Of a DNA stretch of 64,000 nt, positions 20,629-29,038 are shown in pieces (within the stretch, counting starts at the first letter, position 1; each line of letters opens with the position of its first letter). The notes beneath the pieces were generated by a model. The model worked only from the letters and a program-made list of their open reading frames with translations. It had not been told where the DNA came from and searched no databases. Origin of the DNA: Ascoidea asiatica JCM 7603. Its lineage: Eukaryota > Fungi > Ascomycota. The stretch covers positions 403,307 through 467,306 of the forward strand of contig BCKQ01000005.1 in assembly GCA_001600695.1 (NCBI GenBank). The letters run 5' to 3'. A program made the translations under genes and the position numbers.

Positions 20629-22921
20629 CTAGCTCAAAAATTCATTAGGATCATTTGAAGTAAATAATGTTTTCAAAGATGCTTCAATTGAATCTCTGCA
20701 AAGCTTTTTTCCATCTGGGCCCAATCCTAATCCTTTACCTTCGGAAAACACTTTTGAAAGAGAAGTCATCGAAGGAAATTTTTTACTAACTCTCTCGGCT
20801 ATTCCAGATGTCATGAATTTCAATTGTTGCAATGAATTAAAATATGAATCATATGCAGATTTTCCTGATTTTATAACTCCAACATTGGAAAATTCACTGA
20901 ATCGAATCACTGCTTCATAAATCGACCCCGATAATGTATAAGTAAGTGAGTTTATCCACTCAAGACCATCATGAACTCCACGAATTGGGAATATAGATAT
21001 TTTAAGATCAATTTCTAGTTTGATTAATGACATTTCAAATTCTTCACTAGATAAGCATATATCAACTAATTTCTTTTTTTTCTTTTTTTTAGACGAAGCT
21101 TTTCGATTTGCAGTATCTGAATTTTCAGAGGTTTCGGATTCTTTCATAATACTTCTGACTTTGTTTGAATAATCTCTATTACTAGCACTGGACAATTTTT
21201 GAAGAAACGACTGGTATCCTTCTATAATGATTATTCTAATATCTGTATTTTTGTATTCGGGATAGCCTAAAATTTCTGATTTAATTGTTTTATCTTGTAT
21301 CTTTTTAGCAATATCACTAGCTGAATAGTAATATGCTACAGCTCTTTCTTTTTTTTTTGTTTCTGGTATTGGTAAAAAAATATCCATTTCCTTATTATAT
21401 TCAGATTGCAAAGTTCGTGTCCAGGTTATAATGGGTAAATTATGAATAGTTGTTATGGGACAAAAGATTGCAGGACTTAAAAATTCTTTAAGATCTACCT
21501 TGCTTTTTAAATAGTCGAAAATGGCTTTATCAAATTCTATTGTTATTTCAGCAAGCATTTCTTCTTTAGTTCGCTTACTTTTGTTCAATGAAGCAAGCAA
21601 CTTTTTATCGTAATCTTTTAAGTTAATGTTTTTTTCAGAAACAGAATATGGGAAGGTATTTGATCTTCTACCTATTGAGGCCCTTTCTGTGAAAACTGGG
21701 TTAGTTTTGGATCGTTTTGAAGGATCAGATATATCGTTCCTTCCTAGCTTATTTCTTCTTTTAGGAACTGACGGAGATGTTGAAATTATTGGATCAGAAT
21801 CAAAATTATCGGGTTTAAAAGAAGTTTCTTCTCTCACCAAATTATGAGATTGTTTAGAATTAATGTTCTATTGTCGAAAGATAATTGCAAGGTTAGTAAT
21901 TAAGCTAGTTTATAAAAATGATGGGAAATTTGTTCCTAAACATTTAATACATACGAAAGATATGCTACTCCTTTTACCACTATTTGATATTTCTTCAGAA
22001 ATAATATCGAGATTAGAAGCGGTGAAATTGGTTCCTTCTAAAAATGAAATATCTGACAATGCGTCAGAATTTTTTGGACTAGATAATATTTTAATTGTGG
22101 AAACTTGGAAAGATTTGGACTTTAAAGATGTCTTAGTAGTGTTTTTTCCAGAAAGCTTCTGAAAAGATTTTTTTGATTTTTTTTCTATCTCAGGTAATGG
22201 GGTCCATAAAGTTGAATCTATATCTGAAAGCATACTGTCGCTAATAGAGCTTTTTCGATTTGCTTGTCTAGGGGAAGAGTTTAACTGATTCAATACTGAT
22301 ATTTTGATTGATTTCATCGGAGTGGCATGAATATTCTTATTTTCACCGAGATTTTTCCTTTGCATTTTTTCTTTGCAAGTTTTATCTTGTTCATCAGTTT
22401 CTGTCTCTAATTCACTAAGCTCTATTACCTCCTTCAATTTTTCATTATAGTCTTTTAGGTTATTTTGTGACTTTTCAATGGTGTTTTTTTCTAAAAAGTC
22501 TAGCTCCAGATCTGAACTGGAACTATCGAACCTACAGTTATAGTTATTCCACAATGATCTAGTGGATTTTTCAACCCCCTTAGGAGAAGAAAATTCATCT
22601 ATTATTTCTATTGAATTAACTTGAGGCTCACTGAAAATTGTTTTTTTTTTTAAAGGCTTGCAAACATTACCTTTCTTTTTTGCTATTTTTTTTTTTTTTA
22701 TTGGAGATGAGTTTTTTTGTTCAAGTAAATTCTTTTTGGAACTAAAATTTGTAAGCATTGAAGGCTAGTTAGTAATCGCAGATCTCATTGAGCTGAATGA
22801 TATAAACAAATTGAAAAATATATTTTACATACAGAGTTTGTGAAGAGTTATTTTTCTTAGAAGATACCTGACTTCCAAATGTCTCCTCGGTATCAAGGCA
22901 AATTGGTTCATATTGGGACAT
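20629..22921 (-). CDS. MMS4: Crossover junction endonuclease subunit Mms4/Eme1; exons 22921-22833, 22741-21955, 21867-20629 (704 aa)
   Basis: ERCC4-like C-terminus (LPIITWTR...EYNKEMDIFLP, IIIIEGY, SLIKLEI, VIKSGKSAYDSY...LQQLKFMT...FPSMTSL). Two canonical introns join a short upstream exon and the two track ORFs in frame. Convergent with FES1 as in S. cerevisiae. Confidence 0.85.
21868..21954 (-). other. Spliceosomal intron 2 of MMS4 (87 nt, phase 0)
   Basis: GTATGT at 21954, TACTAAC branch point, ACAATAG 3' end at 21868; removal fuses the ORFs in frame. Confidence 0.9.
22742..22832 (-). other. Spliceosomal intron 1 of MMS4 (91 nt, phase 2)
   Basis: GTATGT at 22832, TACTAAC 22774-22768, TTTTAG ending 22742; restores frame from ATG 22921 (MSQYEPICLD...). 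Confidence 0.75.
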
Positions 22922-23452
22922 TTCATCAAGTAATTGATTAAGGGAGAGTTCTTCTAAAGATCGAAAATTACGAATTCTTATTTTCTTGAATCTTTTGATT
23001 TATTCAATTTTAGTAATTCTTAAACCAGAGACAAGAGGAAATCCGGTTTTTTTTATTTGGATGGTTTCTTTTGCAAAAAGAAAAACTAGAGTCAAAGTTA
23101 AATTTTAACTTTGATAACCAAAACAAATACTGAATCCAGCAACGTTTACGGTTGTTTACAGATTATTTTGGGTTTACTCGAAAAATTCAAATACCGTTAC
23201 CGCATGTTTTTTTTGGCACTAAAGATGAGAGAATGTTTTCGGTGAGTTATGATAGTTTATTTTGCAATTTTCTGATAGTATGAAAGCAATTTCTAATAAG
23301 AAGAAAATCTGCTTTATAATATTGAGAGCTTTGGAAGTAAAAAAACTATTTGATTCTATTATACAAAATAAAACAATTATCACCACTTTGAGAAGCAGGT
23401 CAAAAACTGAATAGAACATCTATAAACATAAAATACATAACATAATATAAAA

Positions 23453-25438
23453 TCATATTTCACGCCATCTGATAACAATACTGTTGGTATTGGAATAGGA
23501 TACACATAGGTTATCCGAATTTTGACTCCACGATATATCATTGATACAATAAAAAGAGTCTTTATTCTTTTCAGTACTTTCCTTAATATTTTCTTCAAGT
23601 TTATTCCCTTCAATTCTATCTGCTAAGTTTCTAACACTTTTGTCAGGCTGGTATATACCTACAGGCTTAAGTCTTCCTATATTAACAATTAAATTATCGT
23701 AAATATTGGGTTGTTTCTCCGTATCAGACCTCTGTTTTACTTCAGAATAGTATAAAACAAGTTTATTTAAATGTTCGAGGGACATATTCCAGATTCGAAT
23801 TACACCATTCATACTACCAGTAGCAAGCCATTTTTTGTTGGGAGATAGCGAAGCTGAAAATATCGGTACAGCATTCAAACCAGCAAATAATATAGTTTCA
23901 CCTTTTACTATATCCCAAACTCTGATAGTTCCATCTAATGATGTTGTAACGACTAGTGGATTGAGTTCAATAGATGGATTATTATTAGAGTTTAGCCAAT
24001 CGACAGAAATTAAAGGTTGTGAATGGCCCAATAATTCTTGAACACTAGAAAAGCAATTTGATTTCCATATTTTCACCACACAATCATCAGAACCACTGAG
24101 CAATAAATTTAACTTTTTATTGAAAGATAAACAGCCAATTGGCATGGAATGTCCTTGAAAAAATCCTATTGGAGTTAATGAAGTTGTATCCATAAATAAT
24201 ATAGACCCATTGATTGCAGGAATAACATATTTTTGACTATTGATCCAACATGCTTCGACGCCTAATGAAGTAGAAGAATCTGAAACATTGGATATGCTTT
24301 TACCACTCGAATTAATATATTCTGTGATTAAAAATTCGTAATCAATATGTTGAACCGCCCCTCCAGTATTAATATCCCAAATTATTGTTGTGTTATTGCT
24401 ATCCATTGTTAAAATATAGGTATTATCAATATTCCATTTAATTGTCAAAATTGGGTTTTTATGTAGTGCCATTACATTTCGAAGTTTACCTTCTGCTGTC
24501 CATAATCTTAGCTCACCACTTTCAATAGCAGTTACAAGATAAGGCCCTTTCGAAGACCATGAAAGGCAAGTTATATCAGACTTGGGAACTACACCATTAG
24601 AGTTAAAGGCAATAGGATGAACTAATGATAGTTCTTGAAGGATTTTGGTTGAATTTTTCGATATTACTACAATTTTAGCTGTGGCATTATTTTGCCCCCA
24701 AGCTAGGACAGTATTAGCATTAGGGTTCCAATCACAACACAAACTCTGGGGAATGTTAATTGATTTTTCTAAAGTTACGGGTTGAACTATCACTTCTTTT
24801 GGAATCAAGTTTTCTATTTTTATGATTTCATTATCGTCTCTAGATATTTCTTTACTTGAAGCAAGTTCATCTGAAGTTTTTGAAGTTTGATTTTTTTCTT
24901 TTTCTTTTTCTTTTTCGTGTTCTTTTGTCCCATTCTTCTCATCTTTTTTAGTTTGAGTATTTTCCCTATATTCTCTATTTTCTTTATCTTCTATCTTTTC
25001 TTTATCTTCTTTGCTCTCTCCATTTTGTATAATTTCTCCATTTTCAATGTTTTGTTTGATATCTTCAGCCTCTCCCATTTCTTGATCACCATTAAGAAGT
25101 TTTAATCGCTCATTTATGCTATTCGAATCATTGAAATTATGATCAGATAATAAATTAGTTCTTTCTTTCTGGATAATCTCCGCCAAAGATAAAGAATCTC
25201 TAATTTCTTCTTTGGTTTTTAAGTCTCCATTCGAGTTAACCAAATTCTCATCTTGACTATAGAAAAGTCCTTTTTGCACCAAACCTATTAAGCACCCTAT
25301 GCCTATATATTCACTGAATTTTTCATCAAGCTCATGAACTCTGGTTTCTTCTTGTAAAGCAAAAGCTGATATTTCTAGTCCAGTTTCTTGGAGATATCTC
25401 CAAATGAGATAATTTAGTTCATTACTTGTTATTGTCAT
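23453..25438 (-). CDS. SIF2: Set3C subunit Sif2 (TBL1 family; LisH + WD40)
   Basis: MTITSNELNYLIWRYLQETGLEISAFALQEET LisH motif; multiple WD repeats (ITCLSWS...TAIESGELRLWT, LLSGSDDCVVKIW, SLDGTIRVWD). Confidence 0.95.
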   Translation of the reverse strand: MTITSNELNYLIWRYLQETGLEISAFALQEETRVHELDEKFSEYIGIGCLIGLVQKGLFYSQDENLVNSNGDLKTKEEIRDSLSLAEIIQKERTNLLSDHNFNDSNSINERLKLLNGDQEMGEAEDIKQNIENGEIIQNGESKEDKEKIEDKENREYRENTQTKKDEKNGTKEHEKEKEKEKNQTSKTSDELASSKEISRDDNEIIKIENLIPKEVIVQPVTLEKSINIPQSLCCDWNPNANTVLAWGQNNATAKIVVISKNSTKILQELSLVHPIAFNSNGVVPKSDITCLSWSSKGPYLVTAIESGELRLWTAEGKLRNVMALHKNPILTIKWNIDNTYILTMDSNNTTIIWDINTGGAVQHIDYEFLITEYINSSGKSISNVSDSSTSLGVEACWINSQKYVIPAINGSILFMDTTSLTPIGFFQGHSMPIGCLSFNKKLNLLLSGSDDCVVKIWKSNCFSSVQELLGHSQPLISVDWLNSNNNPSIELNPLVVTTSLDGTIRVWDIVKGETILFAGLNAVPIFSASLSPNKKWLATGSMNGVIRIWNMSLEHLNKLVLYYSEVKQRSDTEKQPNIYDNLIVNIGRLKPVGIYQPDKSVRNLADRIEGNKLEENIKESTEKNKDSFYCINDISWSQNSDNLCVSYSNTNSIVIRWREI

Positions 25439-25975
25439 CTATTTATGTTGATTTCCTAGTATCATTGAGTTTTGATTAATGTTCAATGGGAACTTAAACT
25501 TTCAAAGTGGCCTTTTAATGCTCTTCTTCTTTTTGGAAAAAAAAAGATATGAGCTATAACAAAAAATCTCTAAACAGAAAATGAAAAAACAGTTTAAATA
25601 TTTTTAAAACTGTAGCTCTATAATTTTTTTGAATAGCTTGTTGATTACTAGATTTACTGTCTTCTGGTCTTGATGTATGAATTCCATTTCTAGTTCCATT
25701 TCCAGTTCCATTAATTACTTTTCCTGCTGCTGAAGTAAACAGAGATTTTGGTTCTTTGCCGCGAGTCACATGCCTCCCGGTTAGACTCCAGTCTTTTTAT
25801 AAACAGTGAATCCTACTGAGTATGATGAAAATAAATTTAACTGCTAGTCTTTTGCTGGCAGAAATAAAGATTATTGAATAATATTTCAAAAACAACCAGC
25901 AGAATTGTTTTATTTCACTCAATTGAAGTTGTAATAACTATTTTCACATTCAATTTTCTTCTGTGTTAAGTTGTG

Positions 25976-27154
25976 ATGGATGAAATAGCAGGAAAAAATT
26001 TCTTATCGGGAAGTTCAGGAGCAGGTCATATATTAGAAGAATCTCCTTCTTTATTAACAGTAATAATTGAAGTAGATTCAACAAAATGGGATAAAGAAAT
26101 TGGAAAAGGTTCGTTAAAAAAGGTAATAAGGGCATTGATTGTTAATTTGAATGCTCATATTTCATTAAATAATTCTAATAAGGTAGCTGTAATTGCATCG
26201 ACAGCCTCAAAATCACAATTTTTATATCCAGATTTCAATCCAACCGATCCAGGCAAAACTAATCCTGACTATAATAACTTTAAAACGGCTAATATATCCA
26301 ATAATTCTATTTCACCATCTCCAATTCCTTTAAATCATTTTCATGGTAAATATTTCAAAAATCATAATATATATCGACAATTCAAAACAGTTGATGAAAC
26401 CGTTTTGAAAAACCTAGAGGAATTAATAGAATCGTCTAATAATGAAAGATATTTAAAAGAAAACAATGAGATCAAAAGTAAAAGTAACTTACCGGCTGCA
26501 TTAGGTTTTGCTCTTACTTATATCAATAAAATTCAGATGCACGATGATTCCAGCTCACTAAAAGCAAGAGTTTTGATCATGAGTACATCAAATGATTCAT
26601 CCCTACAATATATTTCATTGATGAATTGTATATTCGCAGCTCAAAAAATGAAAATCCCAATTGATATTTGTAAATTTGGATGTAAATCTACTTTTTTACA
26701 ACAAGCCTCAGATACAACTAATGGAATCTACTCATTCGTTAAAAGTGAAGATATAGATGGTATCATCCAATATTTATCAACATCATTTTTTATTGATCCA
26801 TCTCTACGTAAGTATGTAATATTACCAACAGATGGTGATATTGATTTTAGAGCATCATGTTTTTTGACAGGCGATGTTGTTGATATTGGTTATGTATGTT
26901 CCGTATGTTTGTGTATTTTAAGTAGGATTCCAGGTGATAATACCTGTCCGACATGTGGATGTGAATTTGATAAATTGACTTTACAAAACTTAAGAAAGAA
27001 ACCTGTTATTGTTCTTCCAAAAAAAAAAAAAAAAAAAGGATCCTTAAATACAAGTACGAATGCAATTTCAAGTTTAAATGTAAACAATTCAAACATAGTC
27101 TCAAGTGGAAATATAAATACTAATGTAATCACAAATAGTAAAATTGGTCAATAA
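25976..27154 (+). CDS. TFB4: TFIIH subunit Tfb4 (p34)
   Basis: PSLLTVII, LIVNLNAHISLNNSNKVAVIA, QYISLMNCIFAAQK, FLQQASDTTNGIY, IDFRASCF...VVDIGYVCSVCLCILS...CPTC zinc finger. Confidence 0.96.
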   Translation: MDEIAGKNFLSGSSGAGHILEESPSLLTVIIEVDSTKWDKEIGKGSLKKVIRALIVNLNAHISLNNSNKVAVIASTASKSQFLYPDFNPTDPGKTNPDYNNFKTANISNNSISPSPIPLNHFHGKYFKNHNIYRQFKTVDETVLKNLEELIESSNNERYLKENNEIKSKSNLPAALGFALTYINKIQMHDDSSSLKARVLIMSTSNDSSLQYISLMNCIFAAQKMKIPIDICKFGCKSTFLQQASDTTNGIYSFVKSEDIDGIIQYLSTSFFIDPSLRKYVILPTDGDIDFRASCFLTGDVVDIGYVCSVCLCILSRIPGDNTCPTCGCEFDKLTLQNLRKKPVIVLPKKKKKKGSLNTSTNAISSLNVNNSNIVSSGNINTNVITNSKIGQ

Positions 27155-27307
27155 GACAGTGTTCTTTTATTAAAATTAGTTTTTGTGATAAATACCTTCA
27201 TTTTCATATATTATACTATATCATCATATTATTCATTCAATTTTAAAGTATATCAAATAGAATGTATTCATAATTAAATCATTGTACTATTATCCCACTA
27301 TTGAAAA

Positions 27308-28013
27308 TTAGGAACTTTTCAAAGCAGAGCTAGTGGCACTTGTTATAACACTGGAAACCAAGCTGGAAGCAGTAACGGCAGCAGATTCAATTACTTCTTT
27401 TGAAGCCTTAGATGCTGGATTGGCAACAGGAATTATAAGCTGTTGATATTGAAGTTGGAAATTGTTAGTTTAAATACGTAGAATGAAAACAGAAAAGGAT
27501 TTTTTAATAAAGTTACTTACATCCATGTATGTTGTTAAAAGAGCCATCAAACCAAAACTTATTTAAAAAAATTAGTTAGTTAAAAATATAAAATTTCAAA
27601 AACTGAAAAGAACAAGAGTTAAAAAAAAAAAAATTGAGCAGTACTATATTTACTTACAGTAAAGTCAAAAATGGAGACATTGCAGTATCTTTTGGCATAT
27701 TACGATCATGATGATAAGTTAAATAATTTTGCACAGCAAAAGTAAAAGCTGTCCATCCTAATAATTTTTGCCTCATAAACATAGCAGCCATTGGCATACT
27801 TTGAGTTAAAGATGTGGTTGGACTTTGTCTTGGTTCTATATCATGATGAACATATCTAATATAGGATTGAGCAAAGAAAGTAAATGAAGAATTACATTTT
27901 GATTTGTTTCAAATATGTTAGTTGAATTTTCATTTTTTAAATTATAAATTTCATTAAGATTGAACAGAAACCTACGGAACATAAAATTCTTCTCTTTTTA
28001 CTGAAGGGGCCAT
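27308..28013 (-). CDS. Small ER membrane protein, YPR063C / Asterix (PAT complex)-like; exons 28013-27976, 27855-27658, 27557-27521, 27439-27308 (134 aa); not in ORF track
   Basis: Spliced translation MAPSVKREEFYVPYVHHDIEPRQSPTTSLTQSMPMAAMFMRQKLLGWTAFTFAVQNYLTY...SPFLTLLFGLMALLTTYMDLIIP... matches the recalled Ypr063c pattern (PMAAMFLKNKYISW; GLCVCYMNLVFP). Three introns GTAGGT/GTAAGT/GTAAGT with ACTAAC branch points and TAG/AAG/CAG ends, all frame-consistent. Confidence 0.85.
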
Positions 28014-28412
28014 TTCAATTAATCTAAATAAAATGTAAAGCGAAATAAAACTTTTTTTTTTTTTGAATTAATGTTATAAATTATTCTGATGTTTTCGATT
28101 TAAAATTTAATATTTATAAAATTGTAGGTATCAATAGATAAAAAGTGCAGCTTTCTTTATTCTACATTAGAGATGGCTGTATTGTTATCAGTTAGCTGTA
28201 ACGTAAGTGATTTACGTTCTAAACAGTTAAAGATAAATGTAAAGTCATATGGCATTACATAATCAAGTAATTAACAATTAATTTTTTTCAAAGTGTTCTT
28301 AGGTATAATTTTGCCGTTTTGGGCATGAACATACTTACATGATTATACATATTTTTGTGGAAAATATCCGTGGCTCCGGAAAAAATGATTAGATTAGTTA
28401 AATAAAAAGGGT

Positions 28413-28627
28413 TATCCCTTTAATCCAAGGATCTGTGCCTTCCTCTTTACGAGCATAATATATATTTTGGCTTAAACGAGCACGTGATATATTGTAGAAA
28501 CTAAGACTATTTCTAAGAATATTTACATTTCAAACTAAATACCCATTTTTTTCAAAATAGTATAACATTAAAAAAAGTGTATTATGCGCTTAAGAGCCAA
28601 GGCACAGATCCTTGGATTAAAGGGATA
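28413..28627. mobile_element. Putative MITE-like element / long inverted repeat
   Basis: TATCCCTTTAATCCAAGGATCTGTGCCTT (28413-28441) is the exact reverse complement of 28599-28627; imperfect pairing continues about 19 bp inward (GCATAATA / TATTATGC); bounded by TA. The repeat is certain; mobility is inferred. Confidence 0.5.
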
Positions 28628-28907
28628 CCTAAATACCATTAAAAAGAGAACAAATTTTGCTGTAGAGTTTTATTTGTTAGAAAAATCCCCAGTATAACTG
28701 TGATTACTTTCTGTAAATCACGTAATTTAAATATTTGATAAACTTCACCATGATAAAATATTCATGGCAGTATCAGAATTTCCCTTGCTATTTCCTTGAT
28801 GTTTTCTAATAAAAATTAAAACAGTCAAAAAAACAGTCACTTTTGCAAAATAATACCTTTAGTACATTTCTAATGAAAAATAAACCACATAGGGTGATAT
28901 AGAAAAA

Positions 28908-29037
28908 GTATGTATTTCAAATATTTTTAAATTTTTTTTAATTAGATTTTGCCATTTTGGCTTATGGAAATCACAAATGTGTCAATATGTTACTAACAAT
29001 GTGCTTATTTAATTTGATTGTTTTTTTGATTGTGTAG
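28908..29037 (+). other. 5'-UTR intron of the SPP41-like gene (130 nt)
   Basis: GTATGT at 28908, TACTAAC 28991-28997, T-rich tract, TGTAG ending 29037, one base before ATG 29039. Confidence 0.8.
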
Positions 29038-29038
29038 A

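Noticed and set aside
21910-22758. 282-aa ORF as a separate gene, or MMS4 as a broken pseudogene
   Set aside because: Canonical introns join it in frame to the ERCC4-domain ORF.
28413-28627. Inverted repeat as a point centromere or piggyBac element
   Set aside because: A CACGTG and AT-rich core are present, but no CDEIII-like CCG element at the expected spacing; ends are not flanked by a TTAA duplication; far shorter than the kb-scale inverted-repeat centromeres of other yeasts.
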